A stretch of DNA of 64,000 nucleotides from Eledone cirrhosa (taxonomy: Eukaryota): assembly GCA_964016885.1 (NCBI GenBank), contig OZ024740.1, forward strand, positions 403,868,001-403,932,000. Reading direction: 5' to 3'. The notes under the pieces are model-generated. The model ran no database searches, was not told the DNA's origin, and was given only the letters and a program-made list of their open reading frames with translations. How positions within the stretch are numbered: position 1 is the first letter of the stretch; each line of letters starts with the position of its first letter. Shown here one piece after another: positions 1 to 15,000 of the stretch. The translations under genes were made by a program, and so were the position numbers.

Positions 1-3000
1 TTTATTTGTTTAATGTATTAAAATAAAGTGTACGTGAAGACAAATTTATTTTTATTTGTTTTATGTATTAAAATAAAGTGTACGTGAAGACAAATTTATT
101 TTTATTTGTTTTGTGTATTAAAATAAAGTGTACGTGAAGACAAATTTATTTTTATTTGTTTTATGTATTAAAATAAAGTGTACGTGAAGACACATTTAAT
201 TTTCTTTGTTTTATGTATTAAAATATGTGTACGTGAAGGCAAATATTTTTATTTGTTTAATGTATTAAAATAAAGTGTACGTGAAAACAACTTTATTTTT
301 ATTTGTTTTGTGTATTAAAATAAAGTGTACGTGAAGACAAATTTATTTTTATTTGTTTTATGTATTAAAATAAAGTGTACGTGAAGACAAATTTATTTTT
401 ATTTGTTTTATGTATTAAAATAAAGTGTACCTGAAGACAAATTTATTTTTATTTGTTTTGTGTATTAAATTAAAGTCTACGTGAAGACAAATTTATTTTT
501 ATTTGTTTTATGTATTAAAATAAAGTGTATGTGAAGACACATTTATTTTTATTTGTTTTATGTATTAAAATAAGTGTACGTGAAGGCAAATATTTTTATT
601 TGTTTAATATATTAAAATGAAGTGTACGTGAAGACAAATTTATTTTTATTTGTTTTGTGTATTAAAATAAAGTGTACGTGAAGACAAATTTATTTTTATT
701 TGTTTTATGTATTAAAATAAAATGTACGTGAAGACAAATTTATTTTTATTTGTTTTGTGTATTAAAATAAAGTGTACGTGAAGACAAATTTATTTTTATT
801 TGTTTTGTGTATTAAAATAAAGTGTACGTGAAGACAAATTTATTTTTGTTTGATTTGTGTATTAAAATAAAGTGTACGTGAAGACAAATTTATTTTTATT
901 TGTTTTATGTATTAAAATAAAGTGTACGTGAAGACAAATTTATTTTTATTTGTTTTGTGTATTAAAATAAAGTGTACGTGAAGACAAATTTATTTTTATT
1001 TGTTTTGTGTATTAAATTAAAGTGTACGTGAAGACAAATTTATTTTTATTTGTTTTGTGTATTAAAATAAAGTGTACGTGAAGACAAATTTATTTTTGTT
1101 TGATTTATGTATTAAAATATAGTGTACGTGAAGACACATTTATTTTTATTTGTTTTATGTATTAAAATAAAGTGTACGTGAAGACAAATTTATTTTCATT
1201 TGTTTTATGTACTAAAATAAAGTGTACGTGAAGGCAAATTTATTTTTATTTGTTTTATGTATTAAAATAAAGTGTACGTGAAGACAAATTTATTTTTCCT
1301 TGTTTTGTGTATTAAAATAAAGTGTACGTGAACACACATTTATTTTTATTTGTTTTATGTATTAAAATAAAGTGTACGTGAAGACAAATTTATTTTTATT
1401 TGTTTTATGTATTAAAATATGTGTACGTGAAGGCAAATATTTTTATTTGTTTAATGTATTAAAATAAAGTGTACGTGAAGACACATTTATTTTTATTTGT
1501 TTCATGTATTGAAATAAGTGTACGTGATGGCAAATATTTTTATTTGTTTAATGTATTAAAATAAAGTGTACGTGAAGACAAATTTATTTTTATTTGTTTT
1601 GTGTATTAAAATAAAGTGTACGTGAAGACAAATTTATTTTTATTTGTTTTATGTATTAAAATAAAGTGTACGTGAAGACAAATTTATTTTTATTTGTTTT
1701 ATGTATTAAAATAAAGGTTACGTGAAGACAAATTTATTTTTATTTGTTTTCTGTATTAAAATAAAGTGTACGTGAAGACAAATTTATTTTTATTTGTTTT
1801 GTGTATTAAAATAAAGTGTACGTGAAGACAAATTTATTTTTATTTGTTTTGTGTATTAAAATAAAGTGTACGTGAAGACAAATTTATTTTTATTTGTTTT
1901 ATGTATTAAAATAAAGTGTACGTGAAGACAAATTTATTTTTATTTGTTTTATGTATTAAAATAAAGTGTACGTGAAGACAAATTTATTTTTATTTGTTTT
2001 ATGTATTAAAATAAAGTGTACGTGAAGGCAAATATTTTTATTTGTTTAATGTATTAAAATAAAGTGTACGTGAAGACAAATTTATTTTTATTTGTTTTGT
2101 GTATTAAAATAAAGTGTACGTGAAGACAAATTTATTTTTATTTGTTTTGTGTATTAAAATAAAGTGTACGTGAAGACAAATTTATTTTTATTTGTTTTAT
2201 GTATTAAAATAAAGTGTACGTGAAGACAAATTTATTTTTATTTGTTTTATGTATTAAAATAAAGTGTACGTGAAGACAAATTTATTTTTATTTATTTTAT
2301 GTATTAAAATAAAGTGTACGTGAAAACAAATTTATTTTTATTTGTTTTATGTATTAAAATAAAGTGTAAGTGAAGACAAATATATTTTTATTTGTTTTGT
2401 GCATTGAAATAAAGTGTACGTGAAGGCAAAATTATTTTTATTTGTTTTATGTATTAAAATAAAGTGTACGTGAAGACAAATTTATTTTTATTTGTTTTAT
2501 GTATTAAAATAAAGTGTACGTGAAGACAAATTTATTTTTATTTGTTTTATGTATTAAAATAAAGTGTACGTGAAGGCAAATATTTTTATTTGTTTAATGT
2601 ATTAAAATAAAGTGTACGTGAAGACAAATTTATTTTTATTTGTTTTGTGTATTAAAATAAAGTGTACGTGAAGACAAATTTATTTTTATTTGTTTTATGT
2701 ATTAAAATAAAGTGTACGTGAAGACAAATTTATTTTTATATTTTTTATGTTTTAAAATAAAGTGTACGTGAAGACAAATTTATTTTTATTTGTTTTATGT
2801 ATTAAAATAAAGTGTACGTGAAGAAAAATTTATTTTTATTTGTTTTGTGTATTAAAATAAAGTGTACGTGAAGACAAATATATTTTTATTTGTTTTGTGT
2901 ATTAAAATAAAGTGTACGTGAAGACAAATTTATTTTTATTTGTTTTATGTGTTAAAATAAAGTGTACGTGAAGACAAATTTATTTTTATTTATTTTGTGT

Positions 3001-6000
3001 ATTAAAATAAAGTGTACGTGAAGACAAATTTATTTTTATTTGTTTTATGTATTAAAATAAAGTGTACTTGAAGACAAATTTATTTTTATTTGTTTTATGT
3101 ATTAAAATAAAGTGTACGTGAAGACAAATTTATTTTTATTTGTTTTATGTATTAAAATAAAGTGTACGTGAAGACAAATTTATTTTTATTTATTTTATGT
3201 ATTAAAATAAAGTGTACGTGAAAACAAATTTATTTTTATTTGTTTTATGTATTAAAATAAAGTGTAAGTGAAGACAAATTTATTTTTATTTGTTTTGTGC
3301 ATTGAAATAAAGTGTACGTGAAGGCAAAATTATTTTTATTTGTTTTATGTATTAAAATAAAGTGTACGTGAAGACAAATTTATTTTTATTTGTTTTATGT
3401 ATTAAAATAAAGTGTACATGAAGACAAATTTACATTTATTTGTTTTATGTATTAAAATAAAGTGTACGTGAAGACAAATTTATTTTTATTCGTTTTATGT
3501 ATTAAAATAAAGTGTACGTGAAGACAAATTTATTTTTATTTGTTTTATGTATTAAAATAAAGTGTACGTGAAGACAAATTTATTTTTATTTGTTTTATGT
3601 ATTAAAATAAAGTGTACGTGAAGGCAAATATTTTTATTTGTTTAATGTATTAAAATAAAGTGTACGTGAAGACAAATTTATTTTTATTTGTTTTATGTAT
3701 TAAAATAAAGTGTACGTGAAGGCAAATATTTTTATTTGTTTAATGTATCAAAATAAAGTGTACGTGAAGACAAATTTATTTTTATTTGTTTTGTGTATTA
3801 AAATAAAGTGTACGTGAAGACAAATTTATTTTTATTTGTTTTATGTATTAAAATAAAGTGTACGTGAAGACAAATTTATTTTTATTTGTTTTATGTATTA
3901 AAATAAAGTGTACGTGAAGTCAAATTTATTTTTATTTATTTTATGTATTAAAATAAAGTGTACGTGAAAACAAATTTATTTTTATTTGTTTTATGTATTA
4001 AAATAAAGTGTAAGTGAAGACAAATTTATTTTTATTTGTTTTGTGCATTGAAATAAAGTGTACGTGAAGGCAAAATTATTTTTATTTGTTTTATGTATTA
4101 AAATAAAGTGTACGTGAAGACAAATTTATTTTTATTTGTTTTATGTATTAAAATAAAGTTCACGTGAAGACAAATTTACATTTATTTGTTTTATGTATTA
4201 AAATAAAGTGTATGTGAAGACACATTTATTTTTATTTGTTTTATGTATTAAAATAAGTGTACGTGAAGGCAAATATTTTTATTTGTTTAATATATTAAAA
4301 TGAAGTGTACGTGAAGACAAATTTATTTTTATTTGTTTTGTGTATTAAAATAAAGTGTACGTGAAGACAAATTTATTTTTATTTGTTTTATGTATTAAAA
4401 TAAAATGTACGTGAAGACAAATTTATTTTTATTTGTTTTGTGTATTAAAATAAAGTGTACGTGAAGACAAATTTATTTTTATTTGTTTTGTGTATTAAAA
4501 TAAAGTGTACGTGAAGACAAATTTATTTTTGTTTGATTTGTGTATTAAAATAAAGTGTACGTGAAGACAAATTTATTTTTATTTGTTTTATGTATTAAAA
4601 TAAAGTGTACGTGAAGACAAATTTATTTTTATTTGTTTTGTGTATTAAAATAAAGTGTACGTGAAGACAAATTTATTTTTATTTGTTTTGTGTATTAAAT
4701 TAAAGTGTACGTGAAGACAAATTTATTTTTATTTGTTTTGTGTATTAAAATAAAGTGTACGTGAAGACAAATTTATTTTTGTTTGATTTATGTATTAAAA
4801 TATAGTGTACGTGAAGACACATTTATTTTTATTTGTTTTATGTATTAAAATAAAGTGTACGTGAAGACAAATTTATTTTTATTTGTTTTATGTATTAAAA
4901 TAAAGTGTACGTGAAGGCAAATATTTTTATTTGTTTAATGTATTAAAATAAAGTGTACGTGAAGACAAATTTATTTTTATTTGTTTTATGTATTAAAATA
5001 AAGTGTACGTGAAGACAAATTTATTTTTATTTATTTTATGTATTAAAATAAAGTGTACGTGAAAACAAATTTATTTTTATTTGTTTTATGTATTAAAATA
5101 AAGTGTAAGTGAAGACAAATTTATTTTTATTTGTTTTGTGCATTGAAATAAAGTGTACGTGAAGGCAAAATTATTTTTATTTGTTTTATGTATTAAAATA
5201 AAGTGTACGTGAAGACAAATTTATTTTTATTTGTTTTATGTATTAAAATAAAGTGTACGTGAAGACAAATTTATTTTTATTTGTTTTATGTATTAAAATA
5301 AAGTGTACGTGAAGGCAAATATTTTTATTTGTTTAATGTATTAAAATAAAGTGTACGTGAAGACAAATTTATTTTTATTTGTTTTATGTATTAAAATAAA
5401 GTGTACGTGAAGGCAAATATTTTTATTTGTTTAATGTATTAAAATAAAGTGTACGTGAAGACAAATTTATTTTTATTTGTTTTGTGTATTAAAATAAAGT
5501 GTACGTGAAGACAAATTTATTTTTATTTGTTTTATGTATTAAAATAAAGTGTACGTGAAGACAAATTTATTTTTATTTGTTTTATGTATTAAAATAAAGT
5601 GTACGTGAAGTCAAATTTATTTTTATTTATTTTATGTATTAAAATAAAGTGTACGTGAAAACAAATTTATTTTTATTTGTTTTATGTATTAAAATAAAGT
5701 GTAAGTGAAGACAAATTTATTTTTATTTGTTTTGTGCATTGAAATAAAGTGTACGTGAAGGCAAAATTATTTTTATTTGTTTTATGTATTAAAATAAAGT
5801 GTACGTGAAGACAAATTTATTTTTATTTGTTTTATGTATTAAAATAAAGTTCACGTGAAGACAAATTTACATTTATTTGTTTTATGTATTAAAATAAAGT
5901 GTACCTGAAGACAAATTTATTTTTATTTGTTTTGTGTATTAAATTAAAGTCTACGTGAAGACAAATTTATTTTTATTTGTTTTATGTATTAAAATAAAGT

Positions 6001-9000
6001 GTATGTGAAGACACATTTATTTTTATTTGTTTTATGTATTAAAATAAGTGTACGTGAAGGCAAATATTTTTATTTGTTTAATATATTAAAATGAAGTGTA
6101 CGTGAAGACAAATTTATTTTTATTTGTTTTGTGTATTAAAATAAAGTGTACGTGAAGACAAATTTATTTTTATTTGTTTTATGTATTAAAATAAAATGTA
6201 CGTGAAGACAAATTTATTTTTATTTGTTTTGTGTATTAAAATAAAGTGTACGTGAAGACAAATTTATTTTTATTTGTTTTGTGTATTAAAATAAAGTGTA
6301 CGTGAAGACAAATTTATTTTTGTTTGATTTGTGTATTAAAATAAAGTGTACGTGAAGACAAATTTATTTTTATTTGTTTTATGTATTAAAATAAAGTGTA
6401 CGTGAAGACAAATTTATTTTTATTTGTTTTGTGTATTAAAATAAAGTGTACGTGAAGACAAATTTATTTTTATTTGTTTTGTGTATTAAATTAAAGTGTA
6501 CGTGAAGACAAATTTATTTTTATTTGTTTTGTGTATTAAAATAAAGTGTACGTGAAGACAAATTTATTTTTGTTTGATTTATGTATTAAAATATAGTGTA
6601 CGTGAAGACACATTTATTTTTATTTGTTTTATGTATTAAAATAAAGTGTACGTGAAGACAAATTTATTTTCATTTGTTTTATGTACTAAAATAAAGTGTA
6701 CGTGAAGGCAAATTTATTTTTATTTCTTTTATGTATTAAAATAAAGTGTACGTGAAGACAAATTTATTTTTCTTTGTTTTGTGTATTAAAATAAAGTGTA
6801 CGTGAACACACATTTATTTTTATTTGTTTTATGTATTAAAATAAAGTGTACGTGAAGACAAATTTATTTTTATTTGTTTTATGTATTAAAATATGTGTAC
6901 GTGAAAGAAAATATTTTTATTTGTTTAATGTATTAAAATAAAGTGTACGTGAAGACACATTTATTTTTATTTGTTTCATGTATTGAAATAAGTGTACGTG
7001 ATGGCAAATATTTTTATTTGTTTAATGTATTAAAATAAAGTGTACGTGAAGACAAATTTATTTTTATTTGTTTTGTGTATTAAAATAAAGTGTACGTGAA
7101 GACAAATTTATTTTTATTTGTTTTATGTATTAAAATAAAGTGTACGTGAAGACAAATTTATTTTTATTTGTTTTATGTATTAAAATAAAGTGTACGTGAA
7201 GACAAATTTATTTTTATTTATTTTATGTATTAAAATAAAGTGTACGTGAAAACAAATTTATTTTTATTTGTTTTATGTATTAAAATAAAGTGTAAGTGAA
7301 GACAAATTTATTTTTATTTGTTTTGTGCATTGAAATAAAGTGTACGTGAAGGCAAAATTATTTTTATTTGTTTTATGTATTAAAATAAAGTGTACGTGAA
7401 GACAAATTTATTTTTATTTGTTTTATGTATTAAAATAAAGTGTACGTGAAGACAAATTTATTTTTATTTGTTTTATGTATTAAAATAAAGTGTACGTGAA
7501 GGCAAATATTTTTATTTGTTTAATGTATTAAAATAAAGTGTACGTGAAGACAAATTTATTTTTATTTGTTTTATGTATTAAAATAAAGTGTACGTGAAGG
7601 CAAATATTTTTATTTGTTTAATGTATTAAAATAAAGTGTACGTGAAGACAAATTTATTTTTATTTGTTTTGTGTATTAAAATAAAGTGTACGTGAAGACA
7701 AATTTATTTTTATTTGTTTTATGTATTAAAATAAAGTGTACGTGAAGACAAATTTATTTTTATTTGTTTTATGTATTAAAATAAAGTGTACGTGAAGTCA
7801 AATTTATTTTTATTTATTTTATGTATTAAAATAAAGTGTACGTGAAAACAAATTTATTTTTATTTGTTTTATGTATTAAAATAAAGTGTAAGTGAAGACA
7901 AATTTATTTTTATTTGTTTTGTGCATTGAAATAAAGTGTACGTGAAGGCAAAATTATTTTTATTTGTTTTATGTATTAAAATAAAGTGTACGTGAAGACA
8001 AATTTATTTTTATTTGTTTTATGTATTAAAATAAAGTTCACGTGAAGACAAATTTACATTTATTTGTTTTATGTATTAAAATAAAGTGTACCTGAAGACA
8101 AATTTATTTTTATTTGTTTTATGTATTAAAATATAGTGTACGTGAAGACACATTTATTTTTATTTGTTTTATGTATTAAAATAAAGTGTACGTGAAGACA
8201 AATTTATTTTTATTTGTTTTATGTATTAAAATAAAGTGTACGTGAAGGCAAATATTTTTATTTGTTTAATGTATTAAAATAAAGTGTACGTGAAGACAAA
8301 TTTATTTTTATTTGTTTTATGTATTAAAATAAAGTGTACGTGAAGACAAATTTATTTTTATTTATTTTATGTATTAAAATAAAGTGTACGTGAAAACAAA
8401 TTTATTTTTATTTGTTTTATGTATTAAAATAAAGTGTAAGTGAAGACAAATTTATTTTTATTTGTTTTGTGCATTGAAATAAAGTGTACGTGAAGGCAAA
8501 ATTATTTTTATTTGTTTTATGTATTAAAATAAAGTGTACGTGAAGACAAATTTATTTTTATTTGTTTTATGTATTAAAATAAAGTGTACGTGAAGACAAA
8601 TTTATTTTTATTTGTTTTATGTATTAAAATAAAGTGTACGTGAAGGCAAATATTTTTATTTGTTTAATGTATTAAAATAAAGTGTACGTGAAGACAAATT
8701 TATTTTTATTTGTTTTATGTATTAAAATAAAGTGTACGTGAAGGCAAATATTTTTATTTGTTTAATGTATTAAAATAAAGTGTACGTGAAGACAAATTTA
8801 TTTTTATTTGTTTTGTGTATTAAAATAAAGTGTACGTGAAGACAAATTTATTTTTATTTGTTTTATGTATTAAAATAAAGTGTACGTGAAGACAAATTTA
8901 TTTTTATTTGTTTTATGTATTAAAATAAAGTGTACGTGAAGTCAAATTTATTTTTATTTATTTTATGTATTAAAATAAAGTGTACGTGAAAACAAATTTA

Positions 9001-12000
9001 TTTTTATTTGTTTTATGTATTAAAATAAAGTGTAAGTGAAGACAAATTTATTTTTATTTGTTTTGTGCATTGAAATAAAGTGTACGTGAAGGCAAAATTA
9101 TTTTTATTTGTTTTATGTATTAAAATAAAGTGTACGTGAAGACAAATTTATTTTTATTTGTTTTATGTATTAAAATAAAGTTCACGTGAAGACAAATTTA
9201 CATTTATTTGTTTTATGTATTAAAATAAAGTGTACCTGAAGACAAATTTATTTTTATTTGTTTTGTGTATTAAATTAAAGTCTACGTGAAGACAAATTTA
9301 TTTTTATTTGTTTTATGTATTAAAATAAAGTGTATGTGAAGACACATTTATTTTTATTTGTTTTATGTATTAAAATAAGTGTACGTGAAGGCAAATATTT
9401 TTATTTGTTTAATATATTAAAATGAAGTGTACGTGAAGACAAATTTATTTTTATTTGTTTTGTGTATTAAAATAAAGTGTACGTGAAGACAAATTTATTT
9501 TTATTTGTTTTATGTATTAAAATAAAATGTACGTGAAGACAAATTTATTTTTATTTGTTTTGTGTATTAAAATAAAGTGTACGTGAAGACAAATTTATTT
9601 TTATTTGTTTTGTGTATTAAAATAAAGTGTACGTGAAGACAAATTTATTTTTGTTTGATTTGTGTATTAAAATAAAGTGTACGTGAAGACAAATTTATTT
9701 TTATTTGTTTTATGTATTAAAATAAAGTGTACGTGAAGACAAATTTATTTTTATTTGTTTTGTGTATTAAAATAAAGTGTACGTGAAGACAAATTTATTT
9801 TTATTTGTTTTGTGTATTAAATTAAAGTGTACGTGAAGACAAATTTATTTTTATTTGTTTTGTGTATTAAAATAAAGTGTACGTGAAGACAAATTTATTT
9901 TTGTTTGATTTATGTATTAAAATATAGTGTACGTGAAGACACATTTATTTTTATTTGTTTTATGTATTAAAATAAAGTGTACGTGAAGACAAATTTATTT
10001 TCATTTGTTTTATGTACTAAAATAAAGTGTACGTGAAGGCAAATTTATTTTTATTTCTTTTATGTATTAAAATAAAGTGTACGTGAAGACAAATTTATTT
10101 TTCTTTGTTTTGTGTATTAAAATAAAGTGTACGTGAACACACATTTATTTTTATTTGTTTTATGTATTAAAATAAAGTGTACGTGAAGACAAATTTATTT
10201 TTATTTGTTTTATGTATTAAAATATGTGTACGTGAAAGAAAATATTTTTATTTGTTTAATGTATTAAAATAAAGTGTACGTGAAGACACATTTATTTTTA
10301 TTTGTTTCATGTATTGAAATAAGTGTACGTGATGGCAAATATTTTTATTTGTTTAATGTATTAAAATAAAGTGTACGTGAAGACAAATTTATTTTTATTT
10401 GTTTTGTGTATTAAAATAAAGTGTACGTGAAGACAAATTTATTTTTATTTGTTTTATGTATTAAAATAAAGTGTACGTGAAGACAAATTTATTTTTATTT
10501 GTTTTATGTATTAAAATAAAGGTTACGTGAAGACAAATTTATTTTTATTTGTTTTCTGTATTAAAATAAAGTGTACGTGAAGACAAATTTATTTTTATTT
10601 GTTTTGTGTATTAAAATAAAGTGTACGTGAAGACAAATTTATTTTTATTTGTTTTGTGTATTAAAATAAAGTGTACGTGAAGACAAATTTATTTTTATTT
10701 GTTTTATGTATTAAAATAAAGTGTACGTGAAGACAAATTTATTTTTATTTGTTTTATGTATTAAAATAAAGTGTACGTGAAGGCAAATATTTTTATTTGT
10801 TTAATGTATTAAAATAAAGTGTACGTGAAGACAAATTTATTTTTATTTGTTTTGTGTATTAAAATAAAGTGTACGTGAAGACAAATTTATTTTTATTTGT
10901 TTTGTGTATTAAAATAAAGTGTACGTGAAGACAAATTTATTTTTATTTGTTTTATGTATTAAAATAAAGTGTACGTGAAGACAAATTTATTTTTATTTGT
11001 TTTATGTATTAAAATAAAGTGTACGTGAAGACAAATTTATTTTTATTTATTTTATGTATTAAAATAAAGTGTACGTGAAAACAAATTTATTTTTATTTGT
11101 TTTATGTATTAAAATAAAGTGTAAGTGAAGACAAATTTATTTTTATTTGTTTTGTGCATTTAAATAAAGTGTACGTGAAGGCAAAATTATTTTTATTTGT
11201 TTTATGTATTAAAATAAAGTGTACGTGAAGACAAATTTATTTTTATTTGTTTTATGTATTAAAATAAAGTTCACGTGAAGACAAATTTACATTTATTTGT
11301 TTTATGTATTAAAATAAAGTGTACGTGAAGACAAATTTATTTTTATTCGTTTTATGTATTAAAATAAAGTGTACGTGAAGACAAATTTATTTTTATTTGT
11401 TTTATGTATTAAAATAAAGTGTACGTGAAGGCAAATATTTTTATTTGTTTAATGTATTAAAATAAAGTGTACGTGAAGACAAATTTATTTTTATTTGTTT
11501 TGTGTATTAAAATAAAGTGTACGTGAAGACAAATTTATTTTTATTTGTTTTATGTATTAAAATAAAGTGTACGTGAAGACAAATTTATTTTTATATTTTT
11601 TATGTTTTAAAATAAAGTGTACGTGAAGACAAATTTATTTTTATTTGTTTTATGTATTAAAATAAAGTGTACGTGAAGACAAATTTATTTTTATTTATTT
11701 TATGTATTAAAATAAAGTGTACGTGAAAACAAATTTATTTTTATTTGTTTTATGTATTAAAATAAAGTGTAAGTGAAGACAAATTTATTTTTATTTGTTT
11801 TGTGCATTGAAATAAAGTGTACGTGAAGGCAAAATTATTTTTATTTGTTTTATGTATTAAAATAAAGTGTACGTGAAGACAAATTTATTTTTATTTGTTT
11901 TATGTATTAAAATAAAGTGTACATGAAGACAAATTTACATTTATTTGTTTTATGTATTAAAATAAAGTGTACGTGAAGACAAATTTATTTTTATTCGTTT

Positions 12001-15000
12001 TATGTATTAAAATAAAGTGTACGTGAAGACAAATTTATTTTTATTTGTTTTATGTATTAAAATAAAGTGTACGTGAAGACAAATTTATTTTTATTTGTTT
12101 TATGTATTAAAATAAAGTGTACGTGAAGGCAAATATTTTTATTTGTTTAATGTATTAAAATAAAGTGTACGTGAAGACAAATTTATTTTTATTTGTTTTA
12201 TGTATTAAAATAAAGTGTACGTGAAGGCAAATATTTTTATTTGTTTAATGTATTAAAATAAAGTGTACGTGAAGACAAATTTATTTTTATTTGTTTTGTG
12301 TATTAAAATAAAGTGTACGTGAAGACAAATTTATTTTTATTTGTTTTATGTATTAAAATAAAGTGTACGTGAAGACAAATTTATTTTTATTTGTTTTATG
12401 TATTAAAATAAAGTGTACGTGAAGTCAAATTTATTTTTATTTATTTTATGTATTAAAATAAAGTGTACGTGAAAACAAATTTATTTTTATTTGTTTTATG
12501 TATTAAAATAAAGTGTAAGTGAAGACAAATTTATTTTTATTTGTTTTGTGCATTGAAATAAAGTGTACGTGAAGGCAAAATTATTTTTATTTGTTTTATG
12601 TATTAAAATAAAGTGTACGTGAAGACAAATTTATTTTTATTTGTTTTATGTATTAAAATAAAGTTCACGTGAAGACAAATTTACATTTATTTGTTTTATG
12701 TATTAAAATAAAGTGTACGTGAAGACAAATTTATTTTTATTCGTTTTATGTATTAAAATAAAGTGTACGTGAAGACAAATTTATTTTTATTTGTTTTATG
12801 TATTAAAATAAAGTGTACGTGAAGACAAATTTATTTTTATTCGTTTTATGTATTAAAATAAAGTGTACGTGAAGACAAATTTATTTTTATTTGTTTTATG
12901 TATTAAAATAAAGTGTACGTGAAGACAAATTTATTTTTATTTGTTTTATGTATTAAAATAAAGTGTACGTGAAGGCAAATATTTTTATTTGTTTAATGTA
13001 TTAAAATAAAGTGTACGTGAAGACAAATTTATTTTTATTTGTTTTATGTATTAAAATAAAGTGTACGTGAAGACAAATTTATTTTTATTTATTTTATGTA
13101 TTAGAATAAAGTGTACGTGAAGACAAATTTATTTTTATTTGTTTTATGTATTAAAATAAAGTGTACGTGAAGACAAATTTATTTTTATTTGTTTTATGTA
13201 TTAAAATAAAGTGTACGTGAAGACAAATTTATTTTTATTTATTTTATGTATTAAAATAAAGTGTACGTGAAAACAAATTTATTTTATTTGTTTTATGTAT
13301 TAAAATAAAGTGTAAGTGAAGACAAATTTATTTTTATTTGTTTTGTGCATTGAAATAAAGTGTACGTGAAGGCAAAATTATTTTTATTTGTTTTATGTAT
13401 TAAAATAAAGTGTACGTGAAGGCAAATATTTTTATTTGTTTAATGTATTAAAATAAAGTGTACGTGAAGACAAATTTATTTTTATTTGTTTTGTGTATTA
13501 AAATAAAGTGTACGTGAAGACAAATTTATTTTTATTTGTTTTGTGTATTAAAATAAAGTGTACGTGAAGACAAATTTATTTTTATTTGTTTTATGTATTA
13601 AAATAAAGTGTACATGAAGACAAATTTACATTTATTTGTTTTATGTATTAAAATAAAGTGTACGTGAAGACAAATTTATTTTTATTCGTTTTATGTATTA
13701 AAATAAAGTGTACGTGAAGACAAATTTATTTTTATTTGTTTTATGTATTAAAATAAAGTGTACGTGAAGACAAATTTATTTTTATTTGTTTTATGTATTA
13801 AAATAAAGTGTACGTGAAGGCAAATATTTTTATTTGTTTAATGTATTAAAATAAAGTGTACGTGAAGACAAATTTATTTTTATTTGTTTTATGTATTAAA
13901 ATAAAGTGTACGTGAAGGCAAATATTTTTATTTGTTTAATGTATTAAAATAAAGTGTACGTGAAGACAAATTTATTTTTATTTGTTTTGTGTATTAAAAT
14001 AAAGTGTACGTGAAGACAAATTTATTTTTATTTGTTTTATGTATTAAAATAAAGTGTACGTGAAGACAAATTTATTTTTATTTGTTTTATGTATTAAAAT
14101 AAAGTGTACGTGAAGTCAAATTTATTTTTATTTATTTTATGTATTAAAATAAAGTGTACGTGAAAACAAATTTATTTTTATTTGTTTTATGTATTAAAAT
14201 AAAGTGTAAGTGAAGACAAATTTATTTTTATTTGTTTTGTGCATTGAAATAAAGTGTACGTGAAGGCAAAATTATTTTTATTTGTTTTATGTATTAAAAT
14301 AAAGTGTACGTGAAGACAAATTTATTTTTATTTGTTTTATGTATTAAAATAAAGTTCACGTGAAGACAAATTTACATTTATTTGTTTTATGTATTAAAAT
14401 AAAGTGTACGTGAAGACAAATTTATTTTTATTCGTTTTATGTATTAAAATAAAGTGTACGTGAAGACAAATTTATTTTTATTTGTTTTATGTATTAAAAT
14501 AAAGTGTACGTGAAGACAAATTTATTTTTATTCGTTTTATGTATTAAAATAAAGTGTACGTGAAGACAAATTTATTTTTATTTGTTTTATGTATTAAAAT
14601 AAAGTGTACGTGAAGACAAATTTATTTTTATTTGTTTTATGTATTAAAATAAAGTGTACGTGAAGGCAAATATTTTTATTTGTTTAATGTATTAAAATAA
14701 AGTGTACGTGAAGACAAATTTATTTTTATTTGTTTTATGTATTAAAATAAAGTGTACGTGAAGACAAATTTATTTTTATTTATTTTATGTATTAAAATAA
14801 AGTGTACGTGAAGACAAATTTATTTTTATTTGTTTTATGTATTAAAATAAAGTGTACGTGAAGACAAATTTATTTTTATTTGTTTTATGTATTAAAATAA
14901 AGTGTACGTGAAGACAAATTTATTTTTATTTATTTTATGTATTAAAATAAAGTGTACGTGAAAACAAATTTATTTTATTTGTTTTATGTATTAAAATAAA

